From positions 256,001 through 320,000 of the forward strand of contig CAVQNT010000002.1 in NCBI GenBank assembly GCA_963714275.1: 64,000 nt of DNA, in the 5' to 3' direction. The notes below the pieces were generated by a model that saw only the letters and a list, made by a program, of their open reading frames with translations, did no database searches and was not told the DNA's origin. Position numbers and translations under genes: made by a program. Of the stretch, positions 42,778 to 52,236 are shown piece after piece (positions within the stretch are counted from its first letter, which is position 1; the number at the start of each line of letters is the position of its first letter). The DNA is from Candidatus Bathyarchaeota archaeon. GTDB lineage: Archaea > Thermoproteota > Bathyarchaeia > Bathyarchaeales > DTEX01.

Positions 42778-43584
42778 TCATTTTTTCTCATCCTCTAAGC
42801 CTAAGTTGTTTATCATTTCCTCAACTTCTTTAGGCTTCTCAAATTTTATTTTTGTATCATGTATTTCTTTCAGTTTATCCAATTCCGATTGATTAAGATA
42901 ACGAATTTCTTGATTTATTATTGCTAGGTCAGTATAATCTCTGCCTACTCCTGGTGCTGCTTCAGCTCTACGTTTTGCTTCATATACTAAGAAAACTGCT
43001 TTATTTAGATTCAAGCTTGTATTATAATTGTTAAATATAAAGGCAGACATGGCATGAGGGTAGCCTGAGCCAAAACCACAAAAACCCAGAGGATTAAAAC
43101 ACTGACTTACACCAGGGTCAACAAGACAATATAGATGGGCTCCAATTTGGTCAACACCTACAATAATCATCTGCAAGTTTATTTCAGCTTCGCTCAAGGC
43201 TTTATCAAGCCTCATAGATATATTTGGGTCCATTGCTCTTTGTGCACCACTATAAAAATCCACTAATGTAAGTCCTCTCGGTTTAAGTTCAGCTTCTTCA
43301 AATCTTTTCTTTCTTTCATTTACAAAGGCTTTTTTTATTTCTTCAACTAATTGTGGGATTTGAGATATTGCAGATGAACCAATGCTAGCTTTTGCTGACT
43401 GCAAGATTTCGTGTTTTATTAAAGCGTCTCCAGCAGTCATAACAACACATGATTTTGTTATTTCTTCTATTTTGGGTTCCAATGTTTCAAATTCAACTGA
43501 AAGCCCCTCTTGTGTTAACATTCTATCGGCTGCAACTATAGCACTTTTCCCTCCACTGCAAATTGCACCAACGATAATTGTCAA
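42778..43584 (-). CDS. proteasome-beta-like Ntn hydrolase
   Basis: (M)TIIVG...AADR, KI, AGD, GSG, APGVG; TTG start at 43584. Confidence 0.75.
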   Translation of the reverse strand: MTIIVGAICSGGKSAIVAADRMLTQEGLSVEFETLEPKIEEITKSCVVMTAGDALIKHEILQSAKASIGSSAISQIPQLVEEIKKAFVNERKKRFEEAELKPRGLTLVDFYSGAQRAMDPNISMRLDKALSEAEINLQMIIVGVDQIGAHLYCLVDPGVSQCFNPLGFCGFGSGYPHAMSAFIFNNYNTSLNLNKAVFLVYEAKRRAEAAPGVGRDYTDLAIINQEIRYLNQSELDKLKEIHDTKIKFEKPKEVEEMINNLGLEDEKK

Positions 43585-43960
43585 AGGATTCCCTTTCCTG
43601 TTTCCAAGCACTTAATACAATGCTCTGGTGTTATATCAAAGTTACTTAAAACTTTTCTATAATATTTGTGAACTTCAAACATAGACTATAATCCAATATA
43701 GAACTCTTGTTATGACCCGATGGTTAACATGGTTCTCCATGACCTGAAAAGATAACAAACTATGCAAAAGATGAGCAGTTAATAATAAAAATAAAACAAA
43801 GCTTGGAAAAAACCAGAAAATACTTTAACTCAACAAACAAGGTTGACTGGACTCAAAGGTTCTATCAATATACTTCTGATTTGATGAAACAGAAATAGCT
43901 GTCTAGATATTAAATTATGTGTTGGTTTTAAACGGTTCCTGCATATTGTAAACCTTTATT

Positions 43961-44230
43961 TTATTTGATTTCTATGAGTTGCATGGCTTCGTGGAAGTAG
44001 TTGAGCACGTTTATGCCTTTCTCTGTGATCTTGTAGGTTATGTGGCATCCCAACTCTTCAGAAGTAATCAGCTTTTGCTCTATCATTGTGTCGAGAACAT
44101 GCTTAAGAGGTTTCCAAGAAAGATTAGTTCGATACATAATTCGTGTTGGCTTGTCGACACCTTTCTTTATTGCCTGTAAAATGTCAAGGTAAATTTCAAT
44201 CCGTGAACGTTTAGTACTCACATTAAACAC
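43961..44230 (-). CDS. archaeal winged-helix regulator (ArnR1-like)
   Basis: KRSRIEIYLD...PTRIMY.TNLSW...YKITEKG. Confidence 0.85.
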   Translation of the reverse strand: MFNVSTKRSRIEIYLDILQAIKKGVDKPTRIMYRTNLSWKPLKHVLDTMIEQKLITSEELGCHITYKITEKGINVLNYFHEAMQLIEIK

Positions 44231-44347
44231 CTATTATCTAGCTAATTTTTTCTTATTGAGTTTTAACCGAGAAACACATGTAATTACAATTAACATTAAG
44301 ATTATGAACCAAAGGGACAGACGTTGGATCTTTCTTAAGGGTCGCTA

Positions 44348-44363
44348 ACAATGTGCGTCTCTC
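44348..44363 (+). repeat. 16-bp direct repeat ACAATGTGCGTCTCTC, copy 2
   Basis: Identical to 38655-38670. Confidence 0.85.
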
Positions 44364-44694
44364 TACACAACACAAAAATTCATGAGAAAAAACATTCGTT
44401 TAGTTAAGAATCAGTAACATTCAAAAAAGAAATTACATGAGTAAGTGAGGAAATGGTTCAAAGCCTCTCAGCCAGAACCAGTTAAGACTCAAGTTGAATA
44501 GGCTCTAAACCTTTCCAGAGAAAGGAAGGGTCCTCTTTTCTTTATATAATTTTCCAAAGTTAAAAGCGAGTGCATTAAATTTTAACCCCCCAACCCTAAA
44601 CTAACTTTTCCGTTCCTTCTCTTTTCCTATTAGCAATGTATCTAATGCAAGAGAGCTAAGCTTCTTAACTAGCCTTTTTTTTGTCTTAATACTT

Positions 44695-45018
44695 CTATTT
44701 TCGCTCTAGCTTGAAGATTACTGGTCTTAATCCGTCTGGGCAACATGCTACTGCAACTCCAGGTTCCTCATACCACTCAGGATACCAGGGATTGCCACCA
44801 AACCTGAGCGTCATAATCATCGCGAACATTGCCTCCCAAGCCCAGGTGCAAAACTCGCTTGGCCTACAACAGTATTCATCAACCTGGAATACCTGTCCTT
44901 CTTTGAAGACGGGACATGGACCACTATACTTTGCCTTGATTGGAAGATCTTTGAATACCTCTTTGGTGTCAAAACGCTTGAGCACTGTAATCTCTAAGTA
45001 ACTTGCCTTCCTCTCCAA
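44695..45018 (-). CDS. TIGR04076 family protein
   Basis: CPVFKEGQ.F...FC.WAW...CCPDGLRPVIFKLER. Confidence 0.8.
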   Translation of the reverse strand: MERKASYLEITVLKRFDTKEVFKDLPIKAKYSGPCPVFKEGQVFQVDEYCCRPSEFCTWAWEAMFAMIMTLRFGGNPWYPEWYEEPGVAVACCPDGLRPVIFKLERK

Positions 45019-45212
45019 ATAAACACCTCACATATTGTCTAACCCGTGCACTTTTATGGCTTATGGAAGGACCTTCGTTTGGGTTTGGTGTTAAATTTTA
45101 ATTAAATAATAATAATAAGCCTTACGAAATAATGCCCTCTCTCCCCTTAGCTTCACGGATTCTTTAAGTAGGTTTTAAGCTCACTCTAAAACCCTTTAAG
45201 GATGGGTTTGTT

Positions 45213-45518
45213 TTGGGTAAGACTGTTCCTTCCTTTCGTATGATGCTTGAGTCGGAGATTGCTAAGTGGAAAGAATTCATAAAGGCTCTTCCAGGCAACT
45301 CAGACAAAGAAGCCTTTGAAGAGTTAATGAACCATTGCCGCAGTTACGCGTCAGCTGCGGGAGCTGCTGTTAGACCAATCGTGTCAGATGCCATGTTCAT
45401 GTCCATTCTCTTAGCTCACGAAAAAGAACTAAGAGAGATCAAGGCTTCACTAGAAAAACTTAACAATACAGCAAATGACGAACGAAAATTACCGATTGTT
45501 CCTGCCGGACAAACATGA
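45213..45518 (+). CDS. small alpha-helical protein (MG.T.PSFR family, often near PolB2 genes)
   Basis: MGKTVPSFR..LE.EI..W..F..AL...DKEAF...MFMSILL. Confidence 0.7.
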   Translation: MGKTVPSFRMMLESEIAKWKEFIKALPGNSDKEAFEELMNHCRSYASAAGAAVRPIVSDAMFMSILLAHEKELREIKASLEKLNNTANDERKLPIVPAGQT

Positions 45519-45569
45519 GACAGAGATTATCACCCAAATATTCAGAAAGAACGAAGGAGAAGCAATCAA

Positions 45570-45818
45570 GTGAAAATTCACCATTGGGTCTCAAGAAAAA
45601 AGTACCTACGCAATAAGGCTGCCTATGGATATGAAAGGTTATGTGTACCCGTACCTAAACGGTCACAAAACATCGTAAGACCCTTTGCTGGCAAGGATGT
45701 CAAAATTAAAATAGAACCACAAGAAGACGGCTTTACAATGCAAGTTCACCTTTCCTCCCGCCCCAAAACTTCTAAAGACATGAAAAATGACGATAAAAAG
45801 GCTTCACGAACCCCGTAA
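45570..45818 (+). CDS. basic hypothetical protein
   Basis: 82-aa ORF with GGAG RBS. Confidence 0.55.
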   Translation: MKIHHWVSRKKYLRNKAAYGYERLCVPVPKRSQNIVRPFAGKDVKIKIEPQEDGFTMQVHLSSRPKTSKDMKNDDKKASRTP

Positions 45819-46092
45819 AACCGTTTATGCGCACCGAAAAACACCCCGTCAAAATCCCCACTTCTGCACATGCCCAAGCCGTGAATTTGACAAAAAAATG
45901 TGCATCAGTCTTAAGTGCGGTTCTTAATTGCGATTTTGCTATAGGGCATTTCTGTACACAGAAACGTTTTCGCCTATAGGACCTCGTATTGCATAAATTT
46001 GTGTAAAAAGCTGAAAAACCCCAAGCCCAAAAATTCGTTATTCATGCAGCCTTGATGGCTGAAGCTTGTCTGTTTAAGGGCTTGTTGAGGAC

Positions 46093-46479
46093 ATGACAGG
46101 AAATGGGAAACCAGGACTTTCGGTCTTTAAGGGTAGAGAAGCAAGACTGAACAGAATGATCCTTCTCTTTCTTTGCAGGGAATGTTGTTTGAACATTTGG
46201 CAAGTCTATAAGAGGGTAAGAGAAACCCGAGGTTTTCGGCATCTAAGATACCATGTTATTAACAGACGCATAAGAGATCTGGAGCAAGAAGGATTCATCG
46301 AAGTAACGACGGTAAGAGAGACGCCTCAAGGACAAAAAGTGAAATACTTCCAGCCCACCACGAAAACCTACCTTGCTTTCCTCCTGGATGCCGTTGACCT
46401 TGACCAACTCATACAATCAGCAAACAAAACAGACATCATCACGTTACTAGCAGCCTTATCAACCACAACTATGACTTAG
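46093..46479 (+). CDS. wHTH-like protein
   Basis: LSVFKGREARLNR...INRRIRDLEQEGFI...YFQPT. Confidence 0.65.
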   Translation: MTGNGKPGLSVFKGREARLNRMILLFLCRECCLNIWQVYKRVRETRGFRHLRYHVINRRIRDLEQEGFIEVTTVRETPQGQKVKYFQPTTKTYLAFLLDAVDLDQLIQSANKTDIITLLAALSTTTMT

Positions 46480-46709
46480 AATCCTTATTTTCTTAAGAAG
46501 CCAAGGAACATATGTTGCTAAATAAAAAATTTTTAAGGAAAAATGCTAAGGGTTACCTGCTGGTAGCATAAACTAGTTTAATTCAGTATTCATTCACACT
46601 TATTTTATGTTGATGTTGGGAACATTAACATAATTGACTTATATTTAATAAAATATATAGAAAAAGATAGATTTGGTTTAATAAAATGATTAGGATGTGA
46701 AGAAATACA

Positions 46710-47330
46710 TTGGAGGATAAGGAGCCACATAAGAACCGAATAAACCTAAACCCAATAACTAGGTTGTTTGAGAATCCCAAAAGAAGTATTGAACCTTATG
46801 TCAGAGAGGGTCAAGTGGCTGCTGACCTTGGATGTAACACAGGCTATTATACGTTCGCTTTGGCTGATTGCGTAGCTCCTAAAGGAATGGTCTACGCAGT
46901 GGATTTAAAAGAAGAATATATCAATGCGTTGGAGAAAAAAGGAGATAGACTCGGTTACCACAATATTGAATGGCACACTGCTAATGCTTCAAACCTGAAC
47001 TTTATCAAAGACGAGTCAGTTGATTTTGTCCTAGCTAATGGATTATTATGTAATGTTCCCGACAATAGAGGGTTAATTGTAAATGAAATACAACGTATCC
47101 TCAAACCAACAGGACAGGCGTTTATTAGCCTAGGCGGGGTTTCGCCCTTTTTTGGTTTTGTGGGGCGAGCAGAATGGGAGCGAATCCTTGAGACATTCAT
47201 CGTCAATCAGAGAGGCGGTTTCATTCAAAAATGGGCAGCAGTATCAAAAAAAGAAAACAGTAAATACATAGAAGGAAACAATGTTAAACGCCTAAGATTC
47301 CTCAAACTTAGAAAGAAAGCTGGCGAATAG
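46710..47330 (+). CDS. class I SAM-dependent methyltransferase
   Basis: ADLGCNTG, VYAVD, SVDFV, RILKP.G. Confidence 0.85.
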   Translation: MEDKEPHKNRINLNPITRLFENPKRSIEPYVREGQVAADLGCNTGYYTFALADCVAPKGMVYAVDLKEEYINALEKKGDRLGYHNIEWHTANASNLNFIKDESVDFVLANGLLCNVPDNRGLIVNEIQRILKPTGQAFISLGGVSPFFGFVGRAEWERILETFIVNQRGGFIQKWAAVSKKENSKYIEGNNVKRLRFLKLRKKAGE

Positions 47331-47362
47331 CGCGTTAACTTAAAAGATATTGGGGTGATAAA

Positions 47363-47833
47363 ATGGGATATTGGCTCCCTAACTTGGTCAATCCTGTCCT
47401 TGAGCTTATTCTACGTTCACCTTTTCGCTTCCTGTTACCTGAGTCCTGGGTGATACTGACTTACACGGGAAGAAAGACACATAAGAAACGCTCGCTAGTT
47501 TTTCATGTCGCACAGTACAGAGATGAGTTTATTGTCGTGCCTGGATGCTTTGGTGAATTACCAACTTGGTGGCGCAACTTTCGCAAAGAGTCACCGGTCA
47601 ACCTGTTTTACAGAGGAAAATCAATGGAATGTTTCGCGAGAGTAATCGAAGACGATGAAACAGTTGCGGTGCCTAGGCTCGCAGAGTATATACGGCATTT
47701 CCATGCGTCAAGCATTGGAATTAAGGCTGATACAACGGAAGAGATGTTCAACAAGTTAGTAATAAAGGCTGCCAAGACTTTCCCAATTGTGGCCATAAGG
47801 CCAAGATCTAGCGTCAGCGGTGGTGCGTACTAA
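47363..47833 (+). CDS. deazaflavin-dependent nitroreductase (DDN) family protein
   Basis: LTYTGRKT...P.WWRNF. Confidence 0.75.
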   Translation: MGYWLPNLVNPVLELILRSPFRFLLPESWVILTYTGRKTHKKRSLVFHVAQYRDEFIVVPGCFGELPTWWRNFRKESPVNLFYRGKSMECFARVIEDDETVAVPRLAEYIRHFHASSIGIKADTTEEMFNKLVIKAAKTFPIVAIRPRSSVSGGAY

Positions 47834-47917
47834 AAAGTAATTGATGCGTATGTAGATCTAGTTGGCTCTTTTTTAGACAGACAGAGAAAAAGATTAATTT
47901 TTAATGATGTAAAAAAG

Positions 47918-48106
47918 CTATGAAAAATCTTTACCAAACTTGGATAACGATGAAAGGCCTTGTTTATAAATTCTTTTTATCTTAAAATTCCTGTCGAAAT
48001 GAACCTTAATCACTTCACACTTAGGATTCGGACAGATAAAACCTGACTTTCCCTGCCTATGTAAAATTGAACCGCACACTGGACATCTAGGTTCAGCCTT
48101 TTTCAA
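47918..48106 (-). CDS. small Zn-ribbon protein
   Basis: CPVC...CPNPKC. Confidence 0.55.
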   Translation of the reverse strand: MKKAEPRCPVCGSILHRQGKSGFICPNPKCEVIKVHFDRNFKIKRIYKQGLSSLSKFGKDFS

Positions 48107-48206
48107 CCCTTAAACCACACAAAAAGAATAAAATAAAAGATATTAGAGTTTCGAACATTCGCTACGCTAAGTTAAATCGATATCATGAATTTATTATATT
48201 TATTAT

Positions 48207-48278
48207 ACTGTCCTTTGTCGGGGTCTGCAAAGGACAGTGTCCTTTGCTGGGGCGTTTAAAGGATAGTGTCCTTTGCGG
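48207..48278. repeat. 29-bp-period tandem palindromic repeats (TGTCCTTTG at 48209, 48238, 48267) after an AT-rich tract
   Basis: ACTGTCCTTTG-N10-CAAAGGACAGT perfect 11-bp inverted repeat, then two degenerate units. Confidence 0.85.
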
Positions 48279-48330
48279 GCGCCAGAAATGTCTTATAGTT
48301 TTGTTTCAACAAACATTTAAGGTGACATAA

Positions 48331-48591
48331 TTGGTCAGTTTAGTGGAGTCTTGGGAAGACCTAGAAGAATACGCGAAATGGTGCAGAACCGGCGCCTACC
48401 AGACCCGGGAAACGGTTGAAGGCATCGAACTACGGATCTTCACCGGCAAGTACGGCTTTGTAAAATGTTTCAAGGAAACGCAGGATCCCCTGTATAGTCA
48501 CATCTTAGACTTCTGCAAAACGGAAGGGTTCATTAAAGTCCTGGGCAACGTGCCAGACGACCTCTTCTTTTCTGTGCATAGGGAATCCTAG
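48331..48591 (+). CDS. hypothetical protein (paralogue of 50581..50841)
   Basis: V..W..LEEYA..C..G.YQT.ET..G.E.R...G..GF shared. Confidence 0.8.
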   Translation: MVSLVESWEDLEEYAKWCRTGAYQTRETVEGIELRIFTGKYGFVKCFKETQDPLYSHILDFCKTEGFIKVLGNVPDDLFFSVHRES

Positions 48592-48646
48592 CTAGCGCGT
48601 GAAACCAAAAGCCCTTATCGTCAAACAAGTGAAGGAGGCTTAAACG

Positions 48647-50182
48647 TTGACAGAATTCAAGTCTGCGACTAACCTGGAGAACGCTTTTGCTCAGCTCCTG
48701 AAAAAGTCAGCGAGGGAAGTCGTGAAGGTCTTCGAGTTCTCCGAGGACAACGATGTTGTTGTTGCTCATCAATTACCCACCGCTTACATAGACCGCGAGG
48801 ACTGGCTCAAAGTTCACCACGCCTGCAGAGAAGCTGGAGGACAATCCAAAAAGGACGAGGAATCTGGCCACTGGTTTTTCAGGTTCCCGAAAGCAGCCGC
48901 TCCTTCCACTCAAGAAATTAACAAGGCTCCCAACCACGGACCGGGACTGCAGACAGCGGCTGCCGGACAACCAGAACAGATACAACCCCCTACCCCTTCG
49001 ATGCAGAAGTGGAATCCTGAATACCCAGCCAAAGACGCCCCTGTAACGCCAGGATACTACCCTGAGTTTCCAGTTGACCGCATCGTTCAGCCCGCTTTCA
49101 ATTTTCGACAAGACCTCAAAGACGGAATAAACGCTTTAATGGCAGAGATCCACGCTGCAGGCATGATCATTGAACCCATAATCTGCAGGCCTGCGACAGC
49201 AACAGGCTACGTTATTATTGGTCCTGGAGAAAGAAGGCTTTACGCGTCCAAGCAGCTTGGCATGAAGACGGTGCCCGTCATTGTCAAGGACCTTAATGAC
49301 GTCGAGTTTGACAGGGTAAGGCTGCTCGAGAACCTGGCACGCAAAGACCTCACAGACATGGAAACCGCGAGGATCCTCAAGTACCTCATGGACAAGTACC
49401 CGCAGGAATACCCCACCCAGGAAGCCCTAGCGCAGGCTTTTGGTAAGCCACAAAATTGGGTTTCTCGACATCTCGCTATGCTTCAGCTTGAGAAAGATGA
49501 AATTATACCACGTGGTATAATAGAGACGGAAAAGCTGTCCGAAGGGCAAGCTCGAGAGATCATAGCAGCCCCTCCAGAGAAACGTGAGGAAGTCGCTAAG
49601 GCAATAGCTGAACACATCGAAGCCGAAGGCAAACCTCCATCCATGGCTGATATCCGTAAGGTATCAAGGCCTGATGAAGGGCAAAGGGTTCGTTGTGCCC
49701 GCTGCGGAAATCCCACGTACAAGCCTGTTGAAGTAGACGGAGAACAGTATTGCCAGGTTTGCAGTGCCATAGTTAAGTCTAAGCCAAAACCGAAAGAAAC
49801 ATCGGAATCAGTTCCGAAGCCCCTTATAAGCAGGCAAGGAACTGAACCAGAGCCCCAACCTAAACCCTTAAAACGTGTTTTTCCAGCAGGCACATTGCCA
49901 TGCGACACTTGCGTCAATGGCGGAGAATGTGCACAAGACAAGTCCTATGTCATGGATTCTGAAGAATGGACATGCGACAGTGACATCGAAAGATCTCCCG
50001 AAAAAGAACAGCCTTCTCAAAACCTTAAACCGGACGAGAAAGAAGGGGAACCAGAACCTATCGACACTGGCATGCTCTTTGATTGTCCAATCTGCCACGA
50101 AACCTACACCATCATTCACGTTGCTAAGGGCAAGCATAGGCTGCAGCCAATTATGGTCATGGAGGAAAAGAAGGATGCCTGA
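48647..50182 (+). CDS. ParB/RepB/Spo0J family protein with C-terminal Cys-rich domains
   Basis: EPIICR...GERRL.A, ENLARKDL, TQEALA...KPQNWVSR HTH; several CxxC. Confidence 0.9.
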   Translation: MTEFKSATNLENAFAQLLKKSAREVVKVFEFSEDNDVVVAHQLPTAYIDREDWLKVHHACREAGGQSKKDEESGHWFFRFPKAAAPSTQEINKAPNHGPGLQTAAAGQPEQIQPPTPSMQKWNPEYPAKDAPVTPGYYPEFPVDRIVQPAFNFRQDLKDGINALMAEIHAAGMIIEPIICRPATATGYVIIGPGERRLYASKQLGMKTVPVIVKDLNDVEFDRVRLLENLARKDLTDMETARILKYLMDKYPQEYPTQEALAQAFGKPQNWVSRHLAMLQLEKDEIIPRGIIETEKLSEGQAREIIAAPPEKREEVAKAIAEHIEAEGKPPSMADIRKVSRPDEGQRVRCARCGNPTYKPVEVDGEQYCQVCSAIVKSKPKPKETSESVPKPLISRQGTEPEPQPKPLKRVFPAGTLPCDTCVNGGECAQDKSYVMDSEEWTCDSDIERSPEKEQPSQNLKPDEKEGEPEPIDTGMLFDCPICHETYTIIHVAKGKHRLQPIMVMEEKKDA

Positions 50183-50546
50183 ATTCATCCGCCTCAGCCA
50201 AATTTACAAGTTCGTTCCCCTTTCTGAACGTGTCTGCGGAGGCAAACACCCCCAGGAAAATGTGGGCTGCGGCAAACCCATACTCCGCAACGCAGCACTC
50301 CTCGATGGCGTGCTGATGCATTATGGCTGCCTCAAAAAATCGTGCCTTGAACCCACGCACATGTGCAACAACTGCGGCAGCTTCCTCACGCCGAAGAAGA
50401 TTGTAACCATCCTTTTTCGGGGAGAAAACTTCAAGAGCTGCGGATTGTGCGGCAGCAGCGACATTTTCAGTTTAGGCTGGAATAGGCAGCAGACAATCAC
50501 CGTTTCTCATCAAAAAATGATCAACGAATTACCTGAGCAAACATAG
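50175..50546 (+). CDS. Cys/His-rich Zn-finger protein
   Basis: ATG at 50175 overlaps ParB stop; C..G, HYGC, CNNC, CGLC. Confidence 0.6.
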   Translation: MPEFIRLSQIYKFVPLSERVCGGKHPQENVGCGKPILRNAALLDGVLMHYGCLKKSCLEPTHMCNNCGSFLTPKKIVTILFRGENFKSCGLCGSSDIFSLGWNRQQTITVSHQKMINELPEQT

Positions 50547-50580
50547 ATACAAACTTTACAGAAGAGGAGGAAAAAACGAG

Positions 50581-50841
50581 TTGGTTAACATCGTGAAAGA
50601 CTGGAACCAAATTGAAGAATACGCTGAATATTGCCATATCGGACAATACCAAACCACAGAAACCCTAGACGGCAAGGAAATACGCGTTCTTGTAGGCAGG
50701 TTTGGCTTCATACGGCGATTCAAAGACGAGAAAGACGATCTTTTCAAACACATCATCAACTATTGCCAACACAACGGATTCGTCGAAGTTGTAAGTAACA
50801 TCCCCGAAGAACAGTTCTTCAAAACAGCAATATTGGAATAG
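50581..50841 (+). CDS. hypothetical protein (paralogue of 48331..48591)
   Basis: Colinear similarity over full length; GGAGG RBS. Confidence 0.8.
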   Translation: MVNIVKDWNQIEEYAEYCHIGQYQTTETLDGKEIRVLVGRFGFIRRFKDEKDDLFKHIINYCQHNGFVEVVSNIPEEQFFKTAILE

Positions 50842-50853
50842 AAGGGCAAGGGA

Positions 50854-52198
50854 ATGGCTGGCTTCCACAGCTCCGTCGGCGTCTCCTTTTCACCAAAGCA
50901 GGTTAACAGCTGGATGTCGGATCATCATGTGGATCCGCCTGCCCAGTCCCCTAATTGCCCAGAATGCGGATCAACCAAAGCCTGGAAAGACGGGTTTAGA
51001 CATGCAGAACAAGGCCTAGTGCAAAGATGGCTCTGCAGAAGCTGCGGAAAAAGGTTTAGCCAATCAAGCCTAACCAATAAAAAGGAGAACCAGCTTAATT
51101 TAATGTACCAAGTATGCGTTGCTGACGGAGTTACGAAAAACTTGGACATAATAGAAACCCGAACACAGGATCAGGCTGCGGGAGTCTACATTAATACAGG
51201 AACAATCAAAGAGTGACCTACTAAGAGATTTTTCAGAAAGTTTACGGGCTACGCTTTTAAAAATGGCTGTGGAGCTCTTAAAAGACGGTAAAGAGGAAAG
51301 CACAATCAAAGCGTACATCAAGGACCTTCGTAATTTGGTTATAAAAAAAGCAAACCTTTACGACCCGGAAAATGTGAAGGAAGTAATTGCACTTCAGCAG
51401 TGGAGCGAAGGATATAAAAGAAACGTCACATTCGCCTACGAAGCCTTTCTGAAGATCCTTAACGGAACTTGGAAACGACCAAAATACAAACATCGACCTA
51501 AAGAACCGTGGATTCCTCCTGAAGCTATGATTGACCAACTAATAGCACATGCCAGCAGAAAACTCTCCACCTTTATTCAAACAGCCAAGGAAACAGGAGC
51601 AAGACCTGGAGAAATCGCTCGAATTCGCTGGACAGACATGGATCTAAGTCATAACAGAATAAGCATAAATTATCCAGAAAAAGGCAGCAACCCAAGAACC
51701 ATCAACGTGTCCAACAGCCTAATCGCAAGATTAAACCTACTGCAAAAAGATTCCGAAATAGTCTTCGGCAAATTCAGCGCCCTAATCGCCATCACCGGAC
51801 TAATAAACCTCAGGCGCAACCTCTCCCAGAAGCTGCAGGATAACAGATTCCAGAAAATCAACTACATAATCCTCCGCCACTTCAAGGGAACCTGGGAATA
51901 CTATAACACAAAAGATATCCGCCACGTCCAATACGTCCTCGGCCACAAAAACATCCAAAACACCCTGATCTACGTGCAGATCGTGGAAACATGGCAGGTC
52001 AAGCCAGACATGTGGACCTCAAAGGTCGCGCACAATGTTGAGGAAACGTGCAAGCTCGTCGAGACAGGATTCGAGTATGTAGGCTGCATCCACGGAGCAG
52101 AAATTTTCCGAAGGCCTAAGCAGCTTGAAGAAACGTTGCCACAGCAAGAGGAACATAAAGAAACAGTGCCACAGCATAAAGAAACGATTAAATCTTAG
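50854..52198 (+). CDS. tyrosine recombinase/integrase with N-terminal Zn ribbon (probably split by a frameshift near 51200)
   Basis: CPECGS...WLCRSCG; TGARPGE, EKGS, ILRH, LGHK, TLIY catalytic set. Confidence 0.88.
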
Positions 52199-52236
52199 TT
52201 AGCCATTATTTTGATGCGTAGAGGTAAGGTGAGATT

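Noticed and set aside
44454-44479. tRNA-like 3' end ggttcaaagcctctcagccagaacca
   Set aside because: Spacing to CCA is off by one and no T-stem pairing; too degenerate to call an att site
48207-48278. CRISPR mini-array
   Set aside because: Period is only 29 bp with ~10-nt loops, too short for spacers; no cas genes in the window
52129-52186. Short duplicated gaaac..tgccacagca unit at the integrase 3' end
   Set aside because: In-frame 27-bp coding duplication in a low-complexity tail; no second site found to make it an att
17978-52198. One continuous 34-kb provirus from adaptor gene to integrase
   Set aside because: Interrupted by housekeeping map and unrelated metabolic genes; no shared att pair found at these ends
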